Source: Lama glama
Taxonomy: Eukaryota
Direction of reading: 5' to 3'
Assembly (NCBI GenBank): GCA_028534125.1
Contig: CM052828.1
Span: 12,648,001-12,712,000 of the forward strand
DNA length: 64,000 nucleotides
Position 1 is the first letter of the stretch. Each line of letters opens with the position of its first letter. Under the pieces are notes generated by a model. The model ran no database searches and had not been told where the DNA came from. It saw only the letters and a program-made list of their open reading frames with translations. Shown here in pieces: positions 1 to 12,040 of the stretch. The position numbers and the translations under genes are program-made.

Positions 1-219
1 AACCTCAGCTCCAGTTAGTTCCCTTAGAACAGTCATCTCTGTTTGCTTGAAATAATAAAACTGTTCGCTTGGTTCGTGTCTTTAACCCTGGGAATTGAAG
101 GGATGATAAAGTAGATAGCATCTGCTGTGTTCATATTTCTGTGTTAAGTTCAGGAATGATCCAGGTATGTTTGAAGTGTGAAGTTTAAAAGAATTCAGCA
201 TGTTATCTGATCAACACAT

Positions 220-560
220 GCCCTCCTCAGGGCCTTTGCGCTTGCTGTTCTTCTACCTGGAAATCTCTTATTCCCAATAGCCTCATCCCTTGCTTTACTA
301 AATCCTTTAAGTCCTTACTCAGATATCAACTTATCAATAAAACGTTCCCTAATCACTTTAAAAAAACCTGTACTTCACCCCTCTTCCACTCTACTGAATT
401 TTTTTCACAGCACCAGCCGCCATCTTCCATACTATTTATTTTCATTGTTTATTTGCCCCGACTGTGCACCAGGTACTGTCCCAGTGCTGAAGATACAGTG
501 ATAAACACAACAGACATTTTTGGGGAGCTGCTTGGGTTCACAGTGAATTTACAAGGGCAT
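220..560. mobile_element. L2 fragments (+ at ~220-460, - at ~460-560)
   Basis: cctcagggcctttgcgcttgctgtt and ccaggtactgtcccagtgctgaagatacagtgataaacacaacagac resemble the L2 3' region in opposite orientations. Confidence 0.6.
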
Positions 561-2311
561 GGTTGAATAGCAAAAGATCTCGGGAACAATGAAGCCAGAA
601 GAGGATAAAAGTGAAAGGATTTCAGTCATTTTAACACAAATTAAGTTATTTTATTAACTTGTCTTAAGTTACTGAGTTAGTGATGTGATCTTGTACACAT
701 GAAAATTATATAGTGTTATACCAATGTTACCACAATTTAAAAAAGTGTTACAATTGAATAAATGATGCCATTAGAAAAAAAATAAGTATATGGTAAAAAT
801 TTTCAAATAGAACAAAACCATTTACAATGAAAAATGGGGCTCTTTTCCACTCCATATTTTCTGTCCTTTCAACCTAACTGCCTCAAAGAGTTTTTCCTGT
901 TTCCTTTCCAACATTTTCCACATACATACTCATATATATGAATATATTCTTTTTGACCAATTTGCAATATTACAGACTGCATTGCCTTAACTTTTTCCAC
1001 TTAATGTATTTTAAGAATGTTCCCATGTGAATACATATAGGCCTGCCTCCTTTTAAAAAAAGACTTTCTTTTAATATTTCATTGCATGAGTGGCCACATT
1101 TTGATCTAGTAACTTATTGGTGAACCCAAATAATACCTGGGTGAACATCCTTCTGATATCTGTTTATTTATTTGTCGATGTGTAGCTATGTCTGTAGGGT
1201 AAGTTGTTAGAAGCAGAACTGCTAATCTGAGTGTACGAGAGTACATAACCTGAGAATATAAAGTCTTTCTTGCTCAAACTCTAGTTCGAATGAATGCAAA
1301 TCTTGGTTTTATGTCTAGCATTTCCCACTGTGTTAGTTGAACACGAGGCTTGATACTTCATCCCTTGCTGCCCAATTTCCTGTTCTAATAATGAAGATGG
1401 TTAATAGCTATGCAAATACATCAGAGATGTAATTTATTAAAGTAGCACCAGAACGTACTACTTATGCGCTGGGAGAATTGACTTCATAATGCAATTCCAC
1501 AGCCTTTATTAGTGGCTCAATTCATGGGCCTGCTGCATCCTTTTGTGCGTGTCAGGGTCACAAGCGTGGTCCTCAGCCCCGGCAGAGAAGACAATGGAGG
1601 ATGCCTGCCGTGACTTCCCATCTGAGAAGGCAGCAGTGCCGGGCCTGCTGGATGTGCTTTTAGTGGCCCAGCAGTGGCCAGCAGGACGGCTTTCTATGGA
1701 CGCACATTAGGTGGAGAAAGGAAAACCCCTCTCTTTTAGGGAATCGGAGGTGGGGGTGGGCACTCAGCCCCTCCCAGAACATCTGGGCTGGCTCCACCTC
1801 TGCCTGTAACTGGGTGCCGGGGTCGCAGCAGGAACGGGACAGCCCACAAGGGATCCTGGAAGGAGAGAATATTAGAGCGGAGGCCGGGGTGGGACCACCT
1901 GGCAAGTCTTAGGCCAATGAGCAGTTTGTGGAATAACACAGACTGGCCTTGAATGAGCCTGGGAGGAAAAACTGCCAATCAAGTCAAACTTTTTTCTCTT
2001 TTAGGGGTAATAGGGCAGAATGATTATTATCAAGAAGTGAAGCCATGCATTCCCAGCGGTAGGCAGATAAGCCAGTCCCCTGGAAAGGGGAGAAGAGAGT
2101 CCTGTTTTGTAGTGTTTGCCAGTTCTCAGGGTGTAAATACTTCCACCATGGCTGGTTGGGCAGAGAAGTCCACATTGGGAATGCCAGCGTGAGTTGGCCC
2201 AGCCTGCTGCGGCACGTTAACTTTATATAGAAGTAAGACAACTATTCATTTCTGTCCAGCTGATATTGAGAGGATAGGAGTCATTTTATAATTAACAATG
2301 AAGAGCATTGA

Positions 2312-2905
2312 TGTTCCGGTTACTCTCACTGCTAACCAAACCCCGAAACGTGGCTTCCAAAAACTTCTGTTACGCTCACAGATTTTGTGGGTCAGGAATT
2401 CGGAGATCTGGGAATGAGTTTTCTCTGCTCAACGACAGGAGACTCAATTAGGAAGAGGCAAAGGCTGGGTTCACTTGGTAACTGGAGGGTTGGCATCACC
2501 TAGAAGGCCTCCTCAGTCACAGGCCTGGTGGCTGATACCGGCTTTCATCTGGCATGGCAGCTGGGGCGATTGGCCGGAACACCTATGCGTGGCCCCCCTA
2601 TGTGGCTGCTTGGGCATTCTCATGAAGCAGCAGCCAGGTTCCTAGAGCAAGCGTCCCAAGAGAACCAGGAGAAAGCTCTCCTGCCTTTCATAGTGTCACC
2701 TTGTTTCTTAATTGTCTCTGTGTTCGAGGGAACTTGTAAGGCATGATGCCCTTTCTGCTCAAGTTATAAGCTCACCCAGATTCCGGGGGAAGAATACAGA
2801 CCCTATCTTTCCACAGGGGGAGTGTCAAAATCACATTTTAAGAAGAGTATGAATGTAGGCTGGGAGGTGTCTTTGTGGCCATGTTTGGAAATTATAATGT
2901 ATCAG
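2312..2905 (-). mobile_element. MLT1 (MaLR) solo LTR, old F-H-like subfamily
   Basis: gctcacagattttgtgggtcaggaattc, ggctgggttcact, cacccagattccggggga are typical reverse-strand MLT1 motifs. Confidence 0.7.
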
Positions 2906-3132
2906 AATTGTCTTTTAGGGCATTCTGCAGAGAAGCAGACTGGGAGTGACTCCCAACCAGCTTTTCCCCAAACCTCCCTTGAAGCTTTGATTCTTCAGAG
3001 GGACATCCAAGAACTCTGTGAAGGTCCGTGTTCTTTAGGTGTTCTAGATGCCAGGTGTTCTAGGCTCTGCCACCAGAAAACAATGTGAGGGGCTCTATGA
3101 GCTTAAGAAACCAGAAGAACCATATCATCCAC

Positions 3133-3900
3133 CCATTCATTCATTCACTCAACAAAAATGTATCAGGCACCTGCTCTTGGGAGAGGTACTGGGGAGAGCA
3201 GATATGGTTCTGCCCTCTCCATGCTTAGGTTATAATGGCAGAGACAAACAACAAAGTAACAAATAAAAAAGCAAAATATTGATACCTTGTAACAAATGCT
3301 AAAAAAGACAGTAACTAAGGGCTATGACTGAGAATGATTGGCAGGGAGCTTGTGTTAGAGAGGGTGGAGACAGGCTTTCTGAGGAAGTGACTTTTAAGAT
3401 GACAAATGAAGGGATAGGAAAAGCCATGGGAAGAGTGTCTTAGAAACAGGACACAGTGAATCTAAAGTCCCCAAGGGAGGAAAGAGGGAAGTGTGTTCTG
3501 GGGGCAAAGTGTGAAAGAGGAAGCAAGACAATAGGAAGGCCGGGTGGAGGTAACATTGTGGGGCCACGGGCACAGAGGTGATGGCATGCCACACTGCGGA
3601 GAGGAGAAGGCAATCAGACAGTGTAGCTGCGTCAGAGACGAGGAGAACCAGTGCACAGACGAAGCCCCATTTCCAAGTCTGCTGGGCGAAACAGAAAGGG
3701 AGTTTGGGAAGGAGGGCAGGGACGGAAGAGGAACCCTACAAAGCACAACATGACAAATCTCATGGAAGAGACAGCTTTCAGGATGCAGGAACAGCTGCCC
3801 GCTGAACTCAGCTGACGGGCAGAGGAAGATGGGGCCGGGCACGGGTCCATTGGGTTGAGAGCATGAGGGTTCTTGCTGATGTTGACAAGAGTCCTTTTGC
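3133..3900 (-). mobile_element. L2 LINE 3' fragment
   Basis: Begins cattcattcattcactcaacaaaaatgtatc (reverse complement of L2 tail), then L2-like tttctgaggaagtgacttttaag. Confidence 0.7.
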
Positions 3901-4055
3901 TGGAGTGGAGAACCTGAGAGTCCCACTAGAGTGGGAAGTGAAGAGGAGGAGGCAGCATCTATGGTTGCATCACTTGAACATTTTTGCTGGCAGGGAGGAG
4001 ATGGAGCATTTATATTTTCTATAGCAAGTTCTTCAGAACATGAACTCTGTTATGG

Positions 4056-4410
4056 CTTGGTCCATTCAGGTGGCTGTGGCATAATACTGTACACTGGGTG
4101 GCTTGTAAATAACAGAAATTTCTATCTCATAGTTCTGGAGGCTGGAAGTCCGAGATCAGGGTGCCAGTGTGGTCGGGTTCTGGTGAGAGCATTTTGCAGG
4201 TTGCAGACTGCCGTGTTCTCATTGTATCCTCATACGGGTAAGGGAGGGGAGAGCTCTCTGGGGTCCCTTTTATCAGGGAACTAATCCCATCATGAGGACT
4301 GCACTCTCATGACCTAATCACCTCCCAAAGGCCCACTTTCTAATACCATCACAGCGAGGTTAAGATTTCAACATATGAATCTGGGGGGACACAAACATTT
4401 GGTTCATTGC
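4056..4410 (-). mobile_element. MLT1A/B-like MaLR solo LTR
   Basis: tctcatagttctggaggctggaagtccgagatcagggtgccag ... ctcatgacctaatcacctcccaaaggccc ... tttcaacatatgaatctggggggacaca. Confidence 0.85.
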
Positions 4411-5727
4411 CTATTACACATTACTTGTTTTAATACAAATGAAAAGATAGGAGAAACATAGATTCAAAAAAGTCTTTGTACCTATCTTTATAGAACATTG
4501 GTAAGCTAATATGCCTTATGAACTTCCCTTCTTCTTAATGCCAAAAAGCTTTAAAAAAATTTTTAAGTTGTATTTTGCGGGACTAATGACACAAACTTTA
4601 GGAAATGCTGGGTTTACCTTAATTTTTGTCCTTAAATTTTAGAGAGAGGAGAAAAGCTTAATCAACATGCATTTCTGTATCCTTTGCAGAATGATAGTAA
4701 GCACATTATCAACCAAGTTACTCCACGTGCCTTAAGTCAAGAACTCCGTGACAAACTCTCCCTTCAGATCAATACCAGGAAAGATAAATTGCTCCTCCCA
4801 GTGAACTGGGGTATTTAAAAATATTGACCAGTGAATCAAGGATGAATCACAACATTCTAGAACTAAAAATGACCTTAATGGAATCAAGTCAATCCCACCA
4901 CTTTTATAGAGAAGAAAACAGGCCCAGAGATGTTAGAGGACCTGCAGGTGCCCTGGTCTCCCGCGCATCAAGCCGTCCTCTCAGCCCAGTCCCCTGGCCA
5001 CTGCCCACTGCCCCGTGGGAAATGCCAGGTGTTCCTCTCACCGACCTGAACTGCCAGGAGTGTTGGCAGTAGATCTTGTCCTCAATCACCATAACCAACT
5101 TTTCCTAATTGCCTGATAATAATAATTTTAAGAGTATTTTCAACTTTAGTAGATCATCCTAAACAATTTTTGAAAGTTGCTATCCAATTTACATTTGGAT
5201 ATCCAACTATTCCCTGACAATTTATTAAGGAGACTATTCTTTCCCACCTATTATAGACATTTATCATACCAATATTTGTGCTTGAACAAGAGTATATTTC
5301 TTTTAACTAGAAAAGAAAAACCCATAGTCACGGAAACACATTTATCTAAAGTTGTGTGTTATCTAAAATTTGGAGAATGCCAAATATTTCCCCAATTATT
5401 TCTATGATCCTTTATTTTATAAGGTGAGGAAACATATCTTTGAGTTACCCGATGACTATCCCCCAAAATCTGAAGATAGTTTATGAATATAAGCATGCTA
5501 GTATTTTTATTCTGAATTCAAGTTTAAATTTAGGTAAGGCAGAAATGACGAGTTGTCAGACATGAGTGTAAGTCACAATTATCCAAAGGCAAGCAATGAT
5601 CACAGGCACTGTATTAAAAGGGAAGAGCAATAAGAAACAGTGATTACTAACAACTTTTCTCATAAATAAGAAAATCTGTTAAAAGTAGTTGCAGTGTCAA
5701 AGGCCCAACGAATGTATATTTAAAATG

Positions 5728-6240
5728 TATATTTACAACATGAGTGGACCTTGAGGGAACCAAGCTAAGTGAAATTAAGTCAGGCAGAGAAAGACAACTA
5801 TTGTGTGGTATCACTAAATATGTGGAATGTAAAAAAGCTGAACTCACAGAAACAGAGACTAGAACGGTGGTTACCAGCGCCTGGGGTGGAGAGTGGGAGG
5901 GGGAGTGGGGAGATGGTGATCGAAGAGTATAAACTTCCAGCTATAAGATGGATAAATTCTGAGGACTTAATGCACAGCATGGAGACAATAGTTAACAATA
6001 CTGTATTATACACTTAAAAGTGGCTAAGAGACTTAAGTAGGTCTTAAATGCCCTCACCACAAAAAAGAAATAGTAATTATGTGATGGGATGGTATGGTGG
6101 TAATCATTTTACAATGTGTAAGTGTATCAAAACAATACACCGTACACTGTGTACACAGCGTTTTGTACATGGTACACAAAACAACACATCCAACCTACAC
6201 AATGTTATGTCAGTCATATCTCAATAAAGCTGGGGAAAAA
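5728..6240 (+). mobile_element. L1 3' UTR fragment (L1MA9-like)
   Basis: gctaagtgaaattaagtcaggcagagaaagac ... gttaacaatactgtattata ... tctcaataaagctggggaaaaa. Confidence 0.85.
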
Positions 6241-6469
6241 GAATGTACACTTAAAGATCTATCTTTTTCTGACCTATTGAAAAGGTTCATTTTTGTCAAA
6301 CTATAAAAATTAATCTTAATCTACCTTTATATGCCCATGTTTCAAAATACATACACATATAGAGCTTTCAACTTCAGTTTTAAATATAGTTAACTTTATC
6401 CACATGAAACTGTATTTTGTGTGTGTTTGCGTTACGCACTTGTGTATGGGCGTATATGTAAGTATGTAT

Positions 6470-6800
6470 TTATTGCCTCTCATCTCCAAGTTCACCTTTC
6501 CTTGCTCTGCTTTATGGTGCTGTAGTCAGATCCTATAAACACTTCTCCTTTGCCAGGTGGCAGGATGTTAGGCCTTGATAGTGGATGGACAATGCAGAAG
6601 CCAGGGTCTTTTTTTCCTGTTTCCAGCGGGCTTTCTTCTCTTCTTGCTTCTCTGTTGCTCATGCAGGACACCCAGTAGTGTTCACACCCCAGTAAGTTTC
6701 AGCTGCAGCCCCGAGGACAATTTCCCAGTGTGTCCAGCAGCACCACCCAGGGGCTCTCCAGCAAGTTCCACCAGTGCCCCAGCTGAATCTCCTCTCTCCA
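6470..6800. mobile_element. LTR33-like ERVL LTR fragment
   Basis: tctcatctccaagttcacctttccttgctctgctttatggtgctg...ttctcctttgccaggtggc resembles the LTR33 consensus from memory. Confidence 0.55.
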
Positions 6801-8625
6801 CACCACCACCACCCCCCTGCCCCTACATGCTGTACTCGCAGAGTTTTACTTATTAAATACTTTATAGTTAATTACAGTTATTATTCTTTTCAATGCTCAA
6901 GTTGTGTCCAATTTTGGTCAGTGGAAGCCTCTTCAAGCTGGCTCCTGCCTCCCTCTGCGCTACTTTGATTAGTCTGTGAGTGATTCTTCGCTTTTTGACA
7001 TAGCAAGATGTCTGAATGCAATTAACTTGAGACTTTTTACACACAGTCACATTTTCAAATAATGATAGTTTTTGTTCTTCCCATCTAATCTGTATAACTA
7101 TTTATTTGCTTCCCTGCACTTGCTACAATCGCTATTAAAATGTTGATAGAAATGGTACTAGTAGGCATTCTTGTCTTAGTCTTTATTTCAAAGTATACTT
7201 TCAGTGTTTCATGGTAGATGTGATGTTGGTAGATACTTGTCATCAGATTAAGGCAATTCTCTTCTGTCCTAGTTTACTAAGAGCTTTTGTAATAATATTC
7301 AATTTTATCAAAAAGTCTTTCTGGATCTCTTGAGATAACCATATAGTTTTTCTTCTTTATGCTGTTTATGTGGTACATTTCATAGATTATCTAATGCAAA
7401 CCAATCTTTCATTTTTGGAATAAACCATATTTGATTGGGATGTATTACATGTTTTATTCATCTTTGAACTCCATTTATTAATATTCTGATTAGGAATTTT
7501 GCATCTGTGTTTATTAGAAAGATTGGCCTGTGATTTTCTTTCACGTATGTCTAGGAAAGATTTTTGTGTCAAGGGCATGCTAGCCTCACAAAATGGATTT
7601 CTTTCTTATTGCCTGGATGAGTTTGTTGGATGAGAAAGATTGGAATTACTTCTTTCTTGACTGATTTTCAGAATTCTCCAGTGAAGTCATCTGGGTCTAG
7701 AAGCTTTCGGTGAGAAGATTTTGTATTACTGACTCCATTTTTTTAAATGATGATAAGGTATGTGGATTTTCTATTTTTGTTTTTGAATGACATTTGATTG
7801 CTTATGTTTTTATCAACTAGTCTATTTCAACTACATTTTCAAATGTATTGGCCTAAAATGGTTCTTAACTTCTTATCACCTTTTTAGCGACTGCAGGCTT
7901 TGTGATGTTCCCTCTTGCATTCCTGGTATCGGTTCTTTGTGTGTTTCCTCAACTTTCTTATGAGAAGTATCAATTCAACTAGAAGTAGTCGGGTTTGTTG
8001 ATTTTTTTTATTGTATAATTGGTTTTAATGTCTTTTAATTTATGCTATTTATTGTTTTCTTTCTGCCACATTTGTTAGTTTTATTCTGTTAGATTTGGAA
8101 TGGTTTGGTGGTGATATATGACATTTCTTTTCCTTTAGTGATAGCCTGCATTGTTACGTTATCAAAGTCTAATATGGTTAAATACTTTAAGTCTCCTCTT
8201 GGCTGATATAAGGGCATTAGAATACTTTAAGTCCATTCACACCCCTTCTGATTTATATGCTGTCAATGTGTTCTGGGTGTTTTAATTCAATATTATATAT
8301 ATTAAACCATAAGAAATTATAATCACTATTGATGTACCTAATTAACATTTATTTGAAGTTGTGCTCCTATTTGCAACTGTCTTTGTTTTTCACTTTTTCT
8401 TGCATCTTAAATCTTCCATTTGGGATCATTTTCCTTCTTCCTGAAATACTCCCTTCAGAATTTCCTTTAGCACAGGTCTGCTAGTGGAAAACTCAATTTT
8501 TGTTTGTTTGAACATATCTTTTTTTTTTATGGATATTTTAGTTAGACATAGACTTCTAGATTTTTAGAAACTCACCAAGACAGTAACTTCACTATATTCT
8601 GACTTTCATCTTTCTTGAGGATTGC

Positions 8626-9131
8626 TGACAGTCAGATCCTTATAGATGGCCAACTAAAAACTGGCACTTGCCATCTGCCTTGACAAGGACTGAACCACGT
8701 TGGCACCTGCCATCTTCCTCTGCTTGGATTGAATTACCAGCCGCTGCAGCCGCTGACCTCCCACCCTCTGAAGGAGCCCGGGGCGGAGATCAGGAACGGG
8801 GCGCTCTGCTCCGGGGAAAGTGGCAGAACAGGTTGTTATCTGACTTCAGATAGTTGGATATTTTCAGGAGACGATTTTGTGAGCTCAAATTCTTGCATCT
8901 CCTCATATCTAGAAAAGCACTGAAATCCTTAGCGGTGACATCTGGTGACTAGCAGCAAGCCTCTGTCTGAATGTGTGCCTGACTGCACGTCCCCCATTCA
9001 CTGAAATCATACATGACACTGAATTCCCCCTGCCTCTTCCCAGCAGTTCCCCAGAGCTCTCTGAGATGCTGTCCCCTGGGCTATACTCCGCATTTTGGCC
9101 CAAATAAAACTTAACCCACAACTCTCACGTT
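8626..9131 (+). mobile_element. ERV1-class solo LTR, relatively young
   Basis: GC/CpG-rich ~500-bp block inside AT-rich L1. Ends ccagagctctctgagatgctgtcccctgggctatactcc...caaataaaacttaacccacaactctcacgtt with AATAAA at 9103-9108, typical of an ERV1 LTR R/U5 end. Confidence 0.75.
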
Positions 9132-9401
9132 TCTTTAATTGCTTTTCAGACATCCTTCTTGTCTTTGGTTTTCTGAAGTTTCACCACGGTGCATCTAGAT
9201 GTGGTGTACGTTCTATTTTCCTGCTTGGCATCCACTGAGCTTCTTAAACACGTGACTGGCGTCCCCCTGTAGTTCTACAAAATGGTCACTATCTCACCAA
9301 GTATTGCTTTTTCCTCACTCTCTCACTCTTTCTTGGACTCTGATTTAATATATGTGGCATATTTAATGGATAGACCTTTCCTGTTACTTTCTATGTGACA
9401 C

Positions 9402-10830
9402 TTTTTTTTTCAGGTAACAACTAAATTTTCAGTTAACATAACTAGCCCTCAGTACAGTAGATCAAATCATAAAGAGTTTTGGAAGTACAAATTGAAGGAA
9501 GGCAGTAACTTTATTAGGCTACAAAACTCTGGCACATGAGTACAGTCTTTATGAATATAGTAAAACCATATTTAGTGGTAATTTTCACTCCAAAAATATC
9601 TAAGTACCAAATCAAAACACTGTGGTTTTCATTGGTGGCTTATAGCAGAGAAGATTATTTTAAACAAACTAATATGTCTCTAAAACTATACAATTTCTCC
9701 TTTTAAAGCCAGTTCCTTCAAGCAAGCTGTTGAAGTTAACCACAGTAAGGCAATTGTGTGCACGGAAGAAGTGGTTCTGCTTTGTTCTGAGGTTGGTCCG
9801 AGGCCGGACAGAGCGCCAATGTGGGAAAAGCTTTAAAACCCTACCTTAAGGAGATTAAATATGCTAAAACCAACTTCAAAATACTTTTTCAAAAATTGTT
9901 AAATTTTCACATGGGTCCTAGAAACCTCAAAATGAGTTGAATATTTTAAACGATACTAATTTGGGATGACCCCTTTTATGTAAAAGGCCTGCACCTCTGT
10001 CTTTTGGTCAGAAGTCACATAGCCTTTCTTTAGGTTACTAAAAAAAAATTCTACCTACAATGAAGTTGTATTTTTAAAATAACAAATAAATACATTGTCA
10101 GCTTAAATACACCTGGGGGACCTGATGTTAAATACCAATTTTCATGATTATTTCTCTACACATGCTGCAGCTGCCGTGGGGGTCCTTATTTCCCTCTTGC
10201 TGAAGCTGTCAACTCTTCAGTCTCTGCGTTTAATTGATGCATTACCCATCCCATTGCATCTCAGCCCTTGTTAGCATTTGAAGGTACTGTACCTGCCGTA
10301 AGTCCTTCTACGTGGCTGCCGAGACTGACTCCTTTCAGTCATTGTGACTTTGTGAGTCAGAATAGTTTTTCCTGGGTCTTGAGGATGTGGTTTTTATATG
10401 TCTCCCAACTACTGAAACCATATTTGTAAATGAAGTATTAGTATTAAGATTTAAGTTTCATTATTTTCTTTTATAGGATCAACTACACACTGCACGCATG
10501 TTTTGGTTCTTATTGCACCAATAAGCGAATTCACAATGGAAGACAGTTCCCATTTTATGCTGAGAAGTCAACGGCTGTGCAGCTTTGCAGGGGGAGCTAT
10601 TTGTCTGTCCCACATCAGCCCCAGGAACTTAGGTTCCTAGGGTTTGAGTATATCTGCTGTGTATAAACTGCTGTAGCAGTTTGCCATGGGTAGTAAAAGA
10701 CAAGCTCTAAAGTCCAGATCCTCACGGTGGCGGTGACCTGCCTGATGTCTGGGTGGGGCTAAGGGACAACAGGGCAAAGAGGCACCACCTGCCCCCACCT
10801 CCCCACTCCCCCTGCCATCGCAGCCCGCTG
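9402..10830 (-). pseudogene. PRELID3B: Processed pseudogene of PRELID3B (SLMO2): 5'UTR ~10726-10830, disabled CDS 10148-10725, 3'UTR 9411-10147, poly(A) remnant 9402-9410
   Basis: Manual - strand translation across frameshifts: VRIWTLELVFYYPWQTAT..YSNPRNLS / [39 protein letters not shown] / TNTSFTNMVSV / KPHPQDPGKTILT / [47 protein letters not shown] / IRTPTAAAACVEK*. This is colinear with recalled PRELID3B (MKIWTSEHVFDHPWETV...[28 protein letters not shown]). No introns; start mutated to GTG in a gccacc Kozak; several stops and frameshifts; T9 run at the 3' end. Confidence 0.93.
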
Positions 10831-11644
10831 TCCCTATGCTTTTTAATGACATATCCTCCAGTTCACGCATTCTCTTCAATTAAGTCAAATCTGATGTTCA
10901 ACCCATCCATGTAGTTTTAAATTTTATTGTGTTTTTATTTTTATAAAATTCTATTTTGTCTGCTTTATCATTTTTTATATTTTTTCTGTTCCTGCAGAGG
11001 CTCTCAAGTTTGTCTTTTATTTATTCAAGCATAGTAGGCATGATTAAAGACACTTCAGTAATTCCTGTGTCTAAGCCTGTGAATCTGTGCTGCTTCTGTT
11101 GGTTCTTTCCAGCTTCCTTGTGTCTAGTCATTTCTGACTGCATACCAGATATTTCAATTTTTTAAAAAGTAGGAATAACTTGAGACTTATAATTAGTGAA
11201 GGAAACCTCATACAGACAGGATTTGTCATTACTTCTGCCAGGCATGGGGATGCTACCAGCTTGGGATCAACTTGAATCAAGTTCAAGGCTTGAGATTCAC
11301 CAGATCACCCAGAAAAAAAGTTCAAGTGTAATTCCAAGTGAGGTCTGATCCATTCCTGGACCAGCCTTACTCTGTAGACCCATTAAGGTCCTAACTAATT
11401 GTGGGGAGAGTTTCTTGTTAGATCCGCATGGTGTTTACATTCACAGGAAAATGTTCTGGGACAGCCACATGTCCTCAGGGTGAAGATCTCTCTTTGTTTT
11501 TGCCCTTTTTTATTCCTGAATTACAATTTTCTCTTCAGTTTTTGTAATCCCCTATTGTCTTGTCAGCTCTTAGATTTAAAAGAATATATTTTGTCCCACA
11601 TTTTTTGTTGTTAGGGTTGGTTTGAATAAGACAGCCCAGTGTTA

Positions 11645-12040
11645 CTGGATGCATTTTGAAGGTAAACCTTGTAGGACTTTCTGACTGAGTGGGAGAGGTA
11701 TGTAACAGAAAGAGGAGTCAAGGATGACTGGAAGGTTTTTGACTGGAGTTTTTGAGAACGGAGAAGACAATAGCTGTGTTGCAAATGACTGAAGAGGCAG
11801 CAGGCTGGAGGAAGGGTCAGGAACGTATTTAGGGACATGTTAAGGCCCCTGATAAGCACGCAGGTAGAGAACTTGAGAAGGCAGCTGCGTCTGTAAGCTG
11901 GAGTTCAGGGAGGAGGTTAAAGCTGGACATAGAACGTTTGGAGCCCTCAGTGTATACATATATTTACAGATGTGAGACTGGTTGAAATCGCCCAGGGAGT
12001 AGGTACAGATAGAGAGGAGGCCCAAAGACCCAACAGAGAT
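11645..12040 (-). mobile_element. L2 LINE fragment
   Basis: ggatgcattttgaagg...gaggagtcaaggatgact...ctggagttcagggaggaggttaaagctggacatag. Confidence 0.75.

Larger units (their letters stand above)
6850..11630 (-). mobile_element. Ancient L1 (L1M-class) remnant, interrupted by an LTR (8626-9131) and the PRELID3B retrocopy
   Basis: T-rich antisense L1 sequence. 7430-7560 reads on - as a decayed ORF2 RT-proximal segment (corresponding to RPISLMNIDAKILNKIL). L1-like sequence resumes at 9135-9400 and 10840-11630. Confidence 0.7.

Noticed and set aside
3462-3926. 154-aa - strand ORF, and the 153-aa ORF at 63341-63802
   Set aside because: No recognisable domain or splice context; the first overlaps L2-derived sequence, and the second does not match the recalled C13orf42 exon 2.
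6135-6200. gtacac-rich mini duplication/inversion inside the L1 tail
   Set aside because: Small post-insertion rearrangement in a dead L1; no functional indication.
10637-10879. 80-aa - strand ORF overlapping the pseudogene 5' end
   Set aside because: Out of frame with the PRELID3B coding remnant; chance ORF through the GC-rich 5'UTR.
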